A DNA stretch of 64,000 nucleotides from Klebsormidium nitens (lineage: Eukaryota; Plantae; Klebsormidiophyceae), in NCBI GenBank assembly GCA_000708835.1, contig DF237000.1, forward strand, positions 190,166 through 254,165. The letters are read 5' to 3'. Under the pieces are notes generated by a model. It was given only the letters and a program-made list of their open reading frames with translations, was not told where the DNA came from and made no database searches. Below are positions 25,124 through 38,910 of the stretch, piece by piece. Each line of letters starts with the position of its first letter. Position 1 is the stretch's first letter. Both the position numbers and the translations under genes were made by a program.

Positions 25124-27799
25124 AGCGACGAAGGGCCCTGCGCGTGTTGACTAGCTGTTCTATACTGGATCGGAGAATAATTCTTCCAGGCCCTTAAAGA
25201 GTGCATGCGGCACTCATGTGCAACATTCCATTCTGTAACTGTACATTGGTTGACTCCCCGCTTTAGCTAGAAAAGTTTTGCATCAGCTTCTACCATCTCC
25301 TGAAGCATGTCAACTGTCGGACGCGCGACACAAGCCGATATAACACACCGCTCTCTGCCACCAACCGCTGCCGGAGCGGACGGTGGATCAAATCCAATGC
25401 TTCGGGTCTGACGAAGCCTTTGTAAAACGTTGCAATTGAATGGTGATCCATCTCCTTTGCATTACATTCGCTTCTTGAGAGGCACGTACTTCGCGCAGAT
25501 TGAATGTTGCTTTCATCTCGCCCAATCCAACCTTTTGGCTTTGTTTTCAGTACGATAAGTGTAATGGCCGGAACTGGATAAGAAGGGCGCGGCTGGGCCT
25601 GTAAGTGAGTCGGTCCTCCTGCGCTCCAAGCTTGACGCGAGAGAAGGCCGAGGATCTTTACCGAGGACCTAGTCAGGAGTAGTCAGGGGTCAAACACGCG
25701 TTTTTGCTAGAATGATAAATGTTCTTCTGTCCACGAGATTGTGAGTATCTTGCCCAACGTTCTTCATTCAAGGGTAGTGGCAACGACGAGACTCTGTCGC
25801 TGGACAAGGCCCGCAGGTGCGAGCTGGAAGTTTTTGCGTCAAACGTCAAGCCACTGCTTCGACGATCACTTGTAGAAAGATAGGCAGGCAGATATGCAAA
25901 CCCCTTTCTGTGCTCACGACTGAAAGGAAGCGCCATTTCAGATAAGTATGTGCCGTCTTTTATGCTCTCCCGCTCGTGGTCAGGCAACAAGTGCCGTCTG
26001 GCTGGGATGGCCATCGCCTTCTTGTGTCTGCGTCAAATGATGGCTCGGAAGAGATCGAAGGCCCTTGGAACCTTGCGTGCCCAAGGGCTGAACCGTGACA
26101 GCCTGAAGCCCGTGTTCTGAAGCAGTTGCGCGTTTCCAAATAAGGAGTTTCAAGAACGCTTGACATGCGCGGGACAATTGCCCTTATGACCAAATGACCG
26201 TCTGTCGAGGGCCAACTTGTCTGGTTGGAGGCGGAGTTTCTCGATCCAGCTGCACGAGAATTGTTTAACCAAAGCTTTTGAAGACTCGTCTTTCATTTCC
26301 CAAATCGCACAGACGAAACATGGGATTTTTGATCCTGCCGCAAACGGGTGACTTTTAATCCCGGCCCAGTCATCAGGTCGTTTAACCGCGATATGAAGAA
26401 AGTGGATTCTTGTTCCTTTGACCTGCTGCAGTGCTTTGTCCATCGTGCGAAACCTCAATAGTAAGACTGGCTTGCTTCCTTGTGAAAACCCGAAGAATGT
26501 TTGGGTCGAAGGTCATCTCACTGGGTGCCTCGAATCTTCGAAAAGAAAGCTGCAAAGCTGACGCCATGATGCTTCCTCAGAAATGTGAAGACTCTCTCAG
26601 CCTGCATCTCAAGCTGCCCGCCTTGAAATGATAATAGGCGCCATTCTTAAAACAACCCGAATGCCGGAAGCGAGTCACTTTTGTTGATCTGTCTCTGCTC
26701 GTTTTGCCAAGTCTTAGCTACATTTGTGAACCAGCAAAGTAATTTCCAAGGTTACTCCGCCAATGGTAAGTGTAGGACGCTTGAGCTGGCCTTTTGTCCC
26801 AGAAAGGCCCGCTCAAGCGTCGTCCGTGTAAGGGTTTGAAGCAAGTGGCCTGCGTAGATTCATTCCACATGAAAAAAACGGAAGTGGTGGCTCTGATTAC
26901 GAGTGTTTATTTGGCGGGCGGCCCGGTACGCCAACAAACGCTTTTGCTGCATTCTTGACGCCGCCTTCCTTCCCCTTGAGCAGGCGTCTTTTGTTTCTGA
27001 CACGGTGGTCCTATTAAGGTGGATTGGGGATAAATGAGTTGATTGATATGGGGACTCATAGAAAGAGCGAGAGGGAAAATGACGAAACGTTACGTCAATA
27101 TTGAGGGGGTTCGACTGCAAGGTGCTTAGCAGACGTCAGAACGCAGATTGGAAGCTTTGACATCATTTGTGTCGAACGGCGTGTTTCGAGCATGCAGGCA
27201 CTACGTCAATCCATATCTTCATCGCTGTTTTTCTTAGTCGTGGCCATCTGCGTCTAAAGGTCTCCCGGAGCGGCGTTGCGCGGGCCTGAACCTTCGTTTT
27301 GACGACGAATCAAAGCGTGGCGCCGCCAAGAGCTCATAGAAGCCTTACCCAACAGGCAACGGTAGCCGGAAGCAAGACGGTCGCGCCACTTATTTTTACA
27401 TTTATGGGCTCGATTGGCCTTTCAATTGTTGTTGTGGGCGACGGTGGGGACGATTTGCTGCCTGGGTTCTCGACCCAGAAGAAGGTGTGAATTCCGACGA
27501 CCGTTGACAGAAGCTCTGTAACGTTGTGCATGGACGACCTGCTCGTGTTTCGCGGTTTTTGGGGACCCAACTGACGTGGGTCTGTGTGGTGACGTGGGTC
27601 TGTGTGGCGACAGCTCCCAGTTATGTTGACCTGCTTCACAGCAGCAAGCGGTGCGTGCTGGTAGAACGTGCTAAAAGTTTAGTTTGGTATGCAGTATGAT
27701 TTGCCTGCAGGGCTCTAACTCGTAATTCGTCCTAGCTGGACGAGTCCTGACAGTACCATATTTGATTACCTTTGTATCGCGCGGAGTATGTTCCGTGCG

Positions 27800-30700
27800 C
27801 CGGAAAAGCTACAAGAAATGGTTCGTGCTGCCAGAAACGGTGGCTTGGATGAGTCTTGGCTAATGAGTTTTCATCTTCACGCGTAATTTATGCTGTTGCC
27901 TGACGCCACCGCTTCCGGAGACCCACTGTGATCTGCATCCTTCTTGCCCCGCTCTTGAGCTTCGATATTCGAGCTCAGTACAGCGTGAGCTTAGGGCCTT
28001 CCTTAAGGAACAAGGAATACTTCGATCGTTAGGAAAGTCGTGCGGAACGCTCTGGAGCGTTGCATTTGCAGCACGTGTTTCCCCCTGCCGTACTGAATCC
28101 TCAACTTAGTGTCTCAATCACCTTGCTAGTTCATGGCAGCTCCGCTCTTCTGCCAAAGATAGTCGATGAGTACGGCTGTCCAAATGTTCATGGGCATCCT
28201 TCTTTGCGGGTTCACTTGTGACAGCCAATCTTCAAAGTTTCCAATGTACGTGTTGGAAGTTCCTTGTCAGTATCTTCGACACTTCGTGGAAAAAGAAGTG
28301 GACGCTTGAATGGGACTTTTTTGCCCTGTTGCGGCCATCTGGCCTTGCATCAGGCTGCTCTGCATGAAAGCTCCGCTTTTGTACGCAGCGGGAGCGGTGG
28401 CTGTGATGTGGAGTGTTTGATGGAGGCCAGCCCTTTTCGCCCACCACTCGCCGACACTCTTTTGACGCTACCTGATTTCCCCTTAAGCAGGCCAAATGTT
28501 GAAGTCAGTAAACGTGGGTCGATACTTTGACGATATCTATATTTTTGCCACTGGGCCTACCTGAAGATGTGGAAAGGAGCCTCTACAGTAGGGGTGCAAC
28601 TGTACGGTCGAGATTCCAAACTTGCAAATTAATGAACGAAGTGCTGAAAAGTCTTACGCAGAAAGTTTTACGCCAGATTCACCTCGCGTGATTCCCTTTG
28701 TGAATCTGCCCGTCTGCATCTCTCCAAGCTGTGATGCCTCCACCCGAGTTTATCTGCATAGGAACTCATGGCTGCCAAACAACCGATTGAATATCCGGAG
28801 CCTACGGTAGCTAGCTCTACGCATTTCGCTTGGGATGTCCCGAGCGCGCAGTTAAAAAGTACTGAGGCTTCAGACTCTCCAAAACCCGTTCACAGCGATG
28901 CAGGGACGAGTATTCTTGCTAGATCTCGAACCCAGAGAACGTGCATGACAATATCCGATGCCACCGTTGACAATTTTCCTGTGATGTAGACGACTGATTG
29001 AAATATGTTCTGCGGTGAGCCCTGATGATTGGTGCCAAGCTATTCAGGGTCTGCGTAGCGGCAGGGGCAAAACCGCTGCGTACCAACAAGCTGCGCGTGC
29101 CGTTCTTCAAATGTTCCGAATCTGAGGAGGTTGCTAGGTGTTAGCTAGTCGCCGCCCTGAGGCAGTTCTGCCCGCATGGTCTTGTTAGGGATTCGGCCTG
29201 ACACTACCTTCCATTCCATTGGCCTCTGACTGGGAATGGTGGCTTGGATGAGACTTGCCGACCGAGGTTGTTTGCCTCAGTGGTTCTCTGTGTGTGACTT
29301 GCTTGACGCCACCGCTTCCTTACAGACACTTTCTGCATCCTTCTCGCCCCGCTCTGAGTTGAGTTGCAGTGCTCAGCAATCTACGTACTGCTTTTAGGCC
29401 TGGCCTCATACAGAAACACGTAGTACGTTCAAAATGGTCAATAAAGTCTTGCACGCGACTGTCTTACGCAAAATAAAAGAACACTTCTTTCCAGTTGCCG
29501 TACTCGTTTCCTCTTTCAAAACTGCGATAATCCTGCAAGCTTGCGGGAAAATGGACTTTATCTGCCAAAGACGAACTCAAACCTAGCGGCTGTCGAGATA
29601 TTTCTTCTGCCAGTGCATGCACCCGGTTAGAGCAACACTTAGAACCCATCTGTGCAAGGCCGCTGCATTGGTATATCTGCTTCTTATACTGTTCCAGAAG
29701 AAGTGACGTGTTCGACGCACTTGCTAATGCCATCTAAAATGGTGATCAACAGCCTGAATTTGCACTGCACTGGCAATGCATACTAAATGATTGGGTTGAT
29801 CGGTAAGCCGTCGATCAAGAGCTAATCGTTTTGTATCTCAACGGATTCAAGCGACGGTAATTTGGAGGCCCGTCCAGACTCACGTGTTGCTTCGTCAGCT
29901 GCCTCCGAGCCTGAAGAAGCTTATGGTGATTCTGATCGTGCGCAAGCGTTTGCCATTTTGGTCTCGAACACAATACATCGAGGTTCCTGCCCGATTCCCA
30001 TAATGCAGCAATCATGAATATCAGTGCCCGAAGACGTGTTAACAGTACACCTGTATGGCGCGGTGACAAAACGATGGTGTTGATTTTGAACCGGGGGTCG
30101 GTGCTCATGATGAAGCTAGATCAGCTTGCTGGCTGGCCAGATTAAACAAGGAGTGGGACGCTTCAACGGGCCTTTTCTGCATTCGGTTGCGTTTCGTGCC
30201 ACGGTTGCGGCCACCTGGCCTTGCATCAACTGCTCTGCGTCAAAGTTCCACTTTGATAAGCAGCAGGAGCGGTGGCTCTGAGAAAAGTGTTTGGTGGGGC
30301 GAGCCTTCTATGCACACCACTTGCCGGCGGTCTTTCTTTTGACGCTACCTCCGCCGCCTTTAAGCAGGCCGAATGTTAAAGGTAAACTGACGTGGGTCGA
30401 TACGAAAGTTGAGACGTCATATACTTTCGCCAAAGGGTCCTACCTGTAAGTGTGGAAAGGAGTCTTTTGAAAAGGTATTCGTTTGTATGGATCAAAATTC
30501 CGATCATGGAATTGCGAACGGATAGGCAGTACTACGCCTCACGCAAAGAGTTGTACGTCGGATTCATCCCGTTTGAATTTTTTCTGGATCTGCCCGTAGG
30601 CATGAGGTTTCCGATCAACCGTGATTCCTCAATCTGGATGTATCTGCTCGAAACGATTGCTTGCCAAACAATAAACCGATGAAATCAAAGCGTAGCTCTT

Positions 30701-33700
30701 CGCAGTGGGCTTGGGAAGTAACGCGTCCACTCGAAAAGTATTGTCGAGGCTTCGAGCTTTCGGAAAACCGTTCTAAGCGATGGTAGGGACGATATTGCCT
30801 ATGGGGTCTCGGACAGCACCGACCTGCAAATAGCTCGAGGGTAAATCTGACGCCACCGTTGACAAGATTCCTGTGTTGTAGAGGACTGCCTCTTATTTCG
30901 TGGTGAGTTCTGGCTATTAGAGCCAGGCTGATATGGGTCTGCAAAGCGGCAGGTGCCAAACCGCTCTGCACCAACAAGCGTGCTGAAGAGGGGGGTGGCT
31001 GGGATATCGTTTTCTTGCGGGGCTCTCAGTCTTGCCCGCAGTGCCCTGCTTGGTAAGTCTTGACGCCAGCCTCGTTCGATTCGCTTCTGCCGCGTGTGAA
31101 CATTAGCTTTAAATAGGGAATCGTTCTCGGGTCCGTGCTGCAGGGTATGGTGGCTTGGATGCTTTTGTCAACCGAGGTTTCGCCTCCTCTTGACAATGCT
31201 TTCGGCTGACGCCACCGCTTCCGAATAGACAGTTTCTGCATCCTTCTCTCCCCACGCTTAAACTCAGCAGTGTATACATGGTTTGACGCCTGACCTAATG
31301 TAGGAACATGCAGTAAATCCTTTTAGTACGAAGTCTTGCACGGTCTTAGCTATGCCTTTAACGCCATCAAGAATGACCAAGATAGTCGCGTATTGGTCTT
31401 TCCGTGCTCTTTTCGCAAAGACACGCCCACCTTGTCGTTGTACTGTACATGTACCAGTAGGAAGGTCCCTGTGATTATTCTCGTCACCTAGTGACAAAAA
31501 AACTTGAACGGGCCTTTGGTGCCCTGATGCGCACACCAGCCCCTTTGTAAGCTGCTTGAAAGCGAGTCCAATATGATAAGCAGCGAGAGCGGTGGCTGTG
31601 ATAAGAATCCTTTGGTGGGTGCCGGCCCTCGACGCCCACGCAAACTTGTGACGTTCTTTTGATGCCACCTCCGTTGCCTTTACAGACAGGCCGGATGGCG
31701 AAAGTTTCTGACCGTGGGTCGATGTGGCGAAGATTGGCGTCAGCGAGATATGCCACCGGGACCTTCCAGTTAGTGGAAAGGGGTACCCTGGCAAAGTGTT
31801 CAAACAACTCTATGGTCAAGAATCCAAGATCGTGTATCAGCAAACGAAGGAGCAGGTCAATGCAAAAAGCTGTAGCCCAACGTACCACTTATCTCGCTTG
31901 AAACCTGTTGGAAATTGCGTGAGCCCGAACCGTGTTGCCTCTATCTGATGCTTCTGCACGGGTACAAACGGCTTTCAAACCAACTGATTGACTAAAAGCC
32001 CCATCATCAGCTTCGAAAACACCGAGCATGCAGTCGGTCAGTATTTTAGGCTTCAGGCTTCTTGAAGGCGTCCTTCAGCGATGACAACAAACCTACCTGC
32101 CCTGGGTCGTCAACCCCAGAAATATGGTAGCATGATACCACCGTTAACGTGCTCCTCAAATCACGCAAAGATGATAAGCGACGAGTCTTTTAGGAATGTT
32201 CCGGTGGGCTCTGATAATGGGGTCCAAGCTCATGTTGGTCGGCGTAGCGACAGGTGTCAAACCGCTCTGCACCAAAAAGCTGCGCATGCCCTTCTAGCGT
32301 GAGGCGGAAACCAGATTGATGGCCGGTGGCTGGGATGTTTTTTGCCTGAGGGAATTCTGCCCGCAGGGAGGAGAGAAATGAGATGACGCTACCTTATCCT
32401 GTTCCATTGTCTCGTGCGCGAAAGACTTTTGCTCAAACGTTCTCGGGTCCGGGTTGCCTCAAATGGTGGCTTGGATGCTCTTGCCAAATGAGGTATTACT
32501 CATCTCTTATGATGTTTACGTGACGCCACCGCTTCCAAACAGACAGTTCTGCATCCTTCGCGATCCGCTTTCGAGTTTTGGTACTCAGCAGTGTGCGTGA
32601 TTTAAGGCATGCCCTAGTTTAGCAACATGCAGTGAATGTATTTGTCAAGCCTCGATAATACTGCAAGCTTCAGTAAACATAGCTTTTTCTGCCAAAGATG
32701 AAATAAAAGCGGCTATCGAGATTTTGATGGACGTTCTTTTGCCAGTAAAACTTCAGTTTAAGCAACAATTGGGAGCGCAGTCTTGCAACCTTGGGCATGG
32801 CATGATGCAGAAACAAGCATGGCATCATTGTTTCTGCTTCGACACTGCTTAAACAAGCAGTGACATGGGAGTGACATGTACTAAGAGCTTGATAACGTTG
32901 CTCATACAGAACTTCAATCGACAGCATTCAATCTCGCATTACTTTCTAGGACGGTCACCGGCCCGTCGGTGAAGAGCAGTTTGGTTTGTATTTCCATTAC
33001 AAACTTTCTAGTTGTGTAACAGTGATGTGCGGGTTTTTGAAAGACTGATCCCGTATCATTGCACTCTTCAAAACTTTTTCCGAGCCTGGAAGCCGGTCGT
33101 ATGTTCTAATCATGCGGACCATTTGAACTTCTGGTCTCCACAAAGGTATCAAGGTTCCGGCACGAGTTCATGGAGCAGCAGTAAAGGCCCACAGAGCAGG
33201 ATGTGGCCGAAGACGTGTGATCGTGCATTCAAAGTCTCCAGGTAACCCATCTAGACAGTACGAATCCGCTGATTGTGAACTTGGGAACGGTGGTCAGGAT
33301 GAGGATCAGCTCGCTGGGCGCCGCGGTACCCCAGGCCTGAGTTGATCCAGCGTGATGCCACATCTCAAAGGTTTGATACTCTGGTCATTTTTAGAACTGC
33401 CTGCGTTGGCGACAGCTTTTTCGAGTTCCGTTACTGCTAGACAGATCTCTACGACGTCGTACAGAACAGAACGTAGACGCACCAGGGCCATACCCGCCGG
33501 CTGCACGCCTGCGTTCAATGCACGTCAGCCAAAATCTGCACTGTCAACGATGGCAGGCGTCGGCTGAGCAGATAACGCTCTTTTCAATCATGCTTTATTC
33601 TCACGTTGCTGCCCCTCAATCTACGTTCGCTTCCGCGTCTTGCAAGATGGCTGCCGGTTTCTCGCGGTGTACTGCCGTGATGTACGTGGCGGTACGCTGC

Positions 33701-35000
33701 GAACTTATATGGGCTCCCAAATCTTGTTGGCTGTAGTTTATAAACGCCATCGTACTTCGGATGATGACCAAGAAAGGCGCGTGTTTATCTGTCCGTACTG
33801 TCTTCGCAAAGACACGCTCACGTTATGGTCCTACTGTACGATTAGGAAGGTTCTGATCATCACTTTTCTACTTCGCTGGACACAAGATACTGGACGCTTG
33901 AACGGGCCTTCTGTGCCCTGTTGCGCCCCACTGGCCCTCTGTAAGCTGCTTGAAAGCGAGTCCAATCTGAATAGCAGCGGGAGCGGTAGCAGGCTCAGGC
34001 TGTGATAAGAATCGTATGGTGGGTGCCGGCCCTTCAAGTTGACGCCCACAACGCTTCCGCGACTTCGTTTGCATGACGCTGCCTCCGTGATTGGTCGGAT
34101 GTCGAAGGTCAAATTGGCCGTGGTTGATGCATCAGAGTAATTGACGTCATTTTCAACCGGTCCTACCAGTAAGCAGCTGATACTAGTGTAGAAAAGAGTC
34201 TCAGAAGAACTTAGTTCATTGTGCGGTCGACTGATCTAAGACTTCGGGATTGCGGGTCAGGAAACGAAAGGCATGACAAGTTTACGTACAAAGGTGGGGC
34301 CAGGTAATCCATCTCGCTCAATATTTTCTCTGATTTGCCCGTCTGCATCTGCCATCGAGCCATGAAAACCTTCATCTGAGTGCATTCGCACGGAAACAAC
34401 GGCTGTTTGAAAATTGATGAACCTGAAGCTCCTCTTTCTTAGCTTCCGGAACAACGAGCATGCAGAGGGTGACCATGTTAAGGCTGCAGGCTAATTCTTG
34501 GAGGGCAAAGAAAACGAAACTGCCCAGTGCTGGTCCTTCAACCCCAGAGATGAGCTAGAACACGATTCCGCCGTTGATATGCTTCTTTTTTTTCTCTTTT
34601 AGAAACGATTGAGTCTTTTTCTTTGTTGCGCGGTGTGGGCTGTGGTAATGCAGGGGGCCAGGTGGACATGGGTCTGGCGCCAAACTGCTTTGCACCAACA
34701 AGCTGCGCATGCCTTTTAATGCGTCGAGATTTGTGAGGGCCGGTGGCTGGTATGTTATTTGCCTGCTGGACTTCTCCCGCAGGTGCTGAGAGGGATCCTC
34801 TCAGCACCTGCGAGGATCGTTGAACCTGATTCAACTCCATTGTCTCGTGCGCGAAAGGCTTGTGCTCAGATGTTTCCGGGTCCCTGTTTTTTGAGTGGCT
34901 TGGATGCTCTGCCAACTGAGGTTCTGCCTCAGATAGTTATTGCACGTTACTCGCCTGACGCCACCGCTTCTCACAGCCACTTTTGTATGCGCGTACTGCA
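27800..35000 (+). pseudogene. Degenerate tandem array 2: five 1.3-2.4 kb units with an F-box-like start motif
   Basis: ggcttggatg...gag(g)t...tgacgccaccgcttc at ~27842, 29241, ~31152, ~32468, ~34897. Further anchors: acgcttgaacgggcc (~28300, ~30155, ~31500, ~33895) and ccgctctgcaccaacaagc (~29075, ~30960, ~32270, ~34685). The best-preserved copy reads GLDALPTEVLPQIVIARYSPDATAS. All copies carry stops or frameshifts. Confidence 0.5.
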
Positions 35001-36060
35001 CCTGACCGAAGACTTGTCATGCGGTCTTATGTCGGTGCGATATCATGTCGGTGAACAGACTGCCGCGCTCAGGCTAACGGCGAAAATGAAAAAGATACGA
35101 TCTTTCCAGGTCACTCATATGGCATGCACACATCATCCATGATCACTGAAGCATAGAAGCATCGTCCTGAGTAGCCGCCGCAGTGTCAGTATTAGTTTTC
35201 ATCTTATCGATGGAAACTCAAACGCCGGCCGCTTCACGGCAGTTAGGTAGTGCACGCGCAGTAACGGTTGAACGGTTTCTTTGGTTGCTAGGTCCGTAGT
35301 TGTCGAGAAGAAGTTGTCAGAACATGTCCTTGCGAACAGCACTAACAATGCCCTGTATCCGCACTCCGGCCCATGCCTTTGATTCGCACGGGCTATAAGC
35401 GAAGTATCCATGTGCTCTGCCCTCGTAAGGCAGGAAACATTATTTGATTGGAAGGTCCGGTGACATCCTCGGGCGCCTTTAACAGCTCTAGTTCCTGCAA
35501 CCATTCCCGAGAGTCTCTATCAAAAGGAACGCTCTCTCGAACAACTTTGGATAATTCTGCAAGACCTTTTCAGCGGATGTGAGTGTAAATTCGTTTCTCC
35601 CAAGAGATCCGGCCAGAGCGTATCTCGACTTACACGCAGGACGTTCCAATTAGGATTGGTTCCCTCGAAACTAGATTTTGAGTGAACGATCTGCTCATTT
35701 CTTTGGTGCAAAGATCAACCCGCTTCGGCCTCAATGCTGAACGAGATTTCAACACCACATTGTTGAGCTGCCGTGCATCCGAAGGGCACAGCGAAGAAGT
35801 TTTTCTCGCGCGTTTTCAGGCTGCACCTCCTGGCCAGCATCTCGATCACGAGCCCAAGCGTCAGCTTTTGCCACGTGGCAAAGCCTTGCGGCGCGGAAAA
35901 GCTTCTGACAATGTGATTGCCTATCTTCTCTCGCCTCGGCGCCCAGGATGAATTGAATCAATCGTTTTCTCGTCTTCTTGTTCGGTGACTCCCTTTCCTA
36001 AACCTCTTCTTCTTTCGACAGTACTTCTGTCACTCGTAGCCCTGCTTCCTCAAAGTCGTT

Positions 36061-36142
36061 TCTTTCTTGCAGTACTCCTGTTCATGTGCGACCTGGCCCA
36101 GCTCGCGATGAACTCTACGCCGCCGTTTTCAGAGGGCTCCAG
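36061..36142 (+). pseudogene. Dispersed inverted fragment of a CABIN1 exon with its acceptor
   Basis: ttgcag|tactcctgttcatgtgcgacctggcccagctcgcgatgaactctacgccgccgtt matches the minus-strand CABIN1 exon starting at 61281 (cag|tactccttcttcctgagcgacctggcccagctcgccatgggcctgtacgtcgccgtc), with indels. Confidence 0.75.
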
Positions 36143-36719
36143 GTCAGTCTACGGCCCACCATCCGAGATTGTCTTCTGATGCTATCCGGGCAAATGGAAT
36201 TACCACCGTTGCCACCCCCGCCGACCACGTTCTTCACATTATCGTCAAGCTCTGGAGGTGGCTTAACAAGTACCAAAGGTGGCTTGACGTCCGGGAGTGT
36301 TGTTTTAGAAGAGCACACCAAACGTTTCTAAACAGCTGGCGTCTTAGAACCTAGATGGCACGCAGACTCTGAGACTCGATGACACTTAAGAGCTCGCTGT
36401 AGCATGTAACATATTAGCTGACGCGATTCCTCTAACTAGTGAAGCTTCCAGATTGGACTGGCCTGCAATACCGGAGCAATCTTGTCGATTTATTGCGACT
36501 CAATAATGTTGCTTTACCTTCCATGTGCTGGAGCTTGTTCGTCCTGGTAAGTGTTGAGTGCGGTTGTATGCTTGACTCTTGTATCATTACCCGACCGTTG
36601 TACAGTGTCTGGCCGGGGGTATACCTCAGGCGGACCGTCATATACCGTTCGACTCAGGCTTAAACATATGCATGGCGCAAGCATGATAAGCGGACTCCGG
36701 CACAAACATGCTCAAAGTA

Positions 36720-37697
36720 CCGTACTACCAAGGTATGATTCCGAATAAATGAATAATTATTTGCATTACGGAAAGTTAGAAAACTACCAAATAAGNNNNN
36801 NNNNNNNNNNNNNNNNNNNNNNNNNNNNNNNNNNNNNNNNNNNNNNNNNNNNNNNNNNNNNNNNNNNNNNNNNNNNNNNNNNNNNNNNNNNNNNNNNNNN
36901 NNNNNNNNNNNNNNNNNNNNNNNNNNNNNNNNNNNNNNNNNNNNNNNNNNNNNNNNNNNNNNNNNNNNNNNNNNNNNNNNNNNNNNNNNNNNNNNNNNNN
37001 NNNNNNNNNNNNNNNNNNNNNNNNNNNNNNNNNNNNNNNNNNNNNNNNNNNNNNNNNNNNNNNNNNNNNNNNNNNNNNNNNNNNNNNNNNNNNNNNNNNN
37101 NNNNNNNNNNNNNNNNNNNNNNNNNNNNNNNNNNNNNNNNNNNNNNNNNNNNNNNNNNNNNNNNNNNNNNNNNNNNNNNNNNNNNNNNNNNNNNNNNNNN
37201 NNNNNNNNNNNNNNNNNNNNNNNNNNNNNNNNNNNNNNNNNNNNNNNNNNNNNNNNNNNNNNNNNNNNNNNNNNNNNNNNNNNNNNNNNNNNNNNNNNNN
37301 NNNNNNNNNNNNNNNNNNNNNNNNNNNNNNNNNNNNNNNNNNNNNNNNNNNNNNNNNNNNNNNNNNNNNNNNNNNNNNNNNNNNNNNNNNNNNNNNNNNN
37401 NNNNNNNNNNNNNNNNNNNNNNNNNNNNNNNNNNNNNNNNNNNNNNNNNNNNNNNNNNNNNNNNNNNNNNNNNNNNNNNNNNNNNNNNNNNNNNNNNNNN
37501 NNNNNNNNNNNNNNNNNNNNNNNNNNCCAAGGTACGTACCGGAAGCCTTGAAAAGCCTAAACAAAAGGGTACCTGGGTACCTTAAAAGCTCATTCGGATT
37601 TAGGGTCGGATTCAGAAAAATAATCCAAGATTTGGGCTCGCATTCCGTAAAATAATTGCATATTTTGAGCATTCGGAATCATACCTTGGTAGTACGG
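36720..37697. mobile_element. Class II TIR element or MITE, probably Tc1/mariner superfamily (interior is an assembly gap)
   Basis: Perfect 27-bp terminal inverted repeat CCGTACTACCAAGGTATGATTCCGAAT at 36720-36746 and 37671-37697, flanked by TA on both sides (36718-36719, 37698-37699). A TA target duplication is characteristic of Tc1/mariner. AT-rich subterminal sequence. Confidence 0.8.
36796..37526. other. Assembly gap (N run)
   Basis: Continuous Ns. Confidence 1.
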
Positions 37698-38910
37698 TAA
37701 GGGCCTTTGTCGCTGCCGGTCTGACCTAGCACAAGCCTGGACGGCTGCGCGACCATCAGTATAGCTGCAACCGCGCAATACTATGATACTACGTACAAAG
37801 CTAGCGGGGTGCTTATCGACATATAAAGTTTAGTGCGCCAGGCCCATCATGACATTCCAACTCGACCTTTTTGAATGCCTGAGTGATGTTAACCCCTTGA
37901 TTATTGCCGTCTTTGTGGATACGATCCGATTTGCTGTGCACTATTGAAGGCCCCGCCAGGCTGCCGCGCCGCAAGCCTTGAAGATATTCAGCGTCACACT
38001 GATATAGATCAATCATGTCAGTTTTTGATTGAATGAAAGGTTCACGTCTTGACATCATATTCAGTCCACACCGAATTCTAGGATTGCGTCCAGTCAGTTT
38101 CCACGTAAGGAGCCAGCCGACCAGGCTCTGGCACGGCGTGCCAGCACGTACAAACGCGAGCATGAAGAATTTTCAAGTTTCGAAGCGACAATTGAATCAT
38201 GCAACCACCTAGCTCGATCAGTGCCACGCATACGGTTGAAATCTAGTGGCATGCACACGATTGAAATCTGCTGGGTTGGCAGCCTAGCTGATCATATCTA
38301 GCTGCCCGGGCGTTAGGTTCAAAATCAATTCAAACATTGAATGTCATGAAAGCCAATGGCCCGTATGGCTACGGCGATTCGGAAAATCAATTTAACTTGC
38401 CGGAGTTGCTAGTTAAGTTAGCAACCGGCGTCTTAGTGATCTTCTGGTGAGTACGTCCGTGGCAGACACGCAATTAGACTAGAGCCTGGACTTGAGCTGG
38501 CGGCTCATGCGGCAACATAAACATTTACAACCCGTTAGGGGTTGCAACACGAGGGGCTTTGGCTTGCATATTATGTTGCACAATTTCGTGAGCATATATC
38601 TTGCGGTGGTGGCTCAGGAAGGCACAGCGCTATTTACACGTCATGCACTGGCACGGGCACGTCACAAAGACCGGGGACGTCTCGATCGACTTGACATCAT
38701 TCAACAAAGTGCTTGCACTCATGCTTGCAAGCTAATTAACGTCAGCACCATAGAAACTGCAACGACCCTCAAGACAGTCCGCTTACATGACACGCGACAG
38801 CTGCAATCCATCCCATGTACATCAGGACAGGGAGCTAGAATGAAGCAACCTGGCCTTGACTGTCCCATCCAAAGGTGGACACATGACAGACCAGCCATCA
38901 GGAGGTTTCG

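Larger units (their letters stand above)
17980..25650 (+). repeat. Copy B of the tandem segmental duplication (partner ~660-8080)
   Basis: Colinear similarity to copy A at an offset of about 17.3-17.6 kb. Confidence 0.9.

Noticed and set aside
25673-26631. Cluster of short minus-strand ORFs that look vaguely protein-like
   Set aside because: No recognisable domain, consistent splice pattern or ATG start; cannot be distinguished from chance without a search.
27573-27610. Two tandem 18-bp copies (gacgtgggtctgtgtgg)
   Set aside because: An ordinary micro-duplication.
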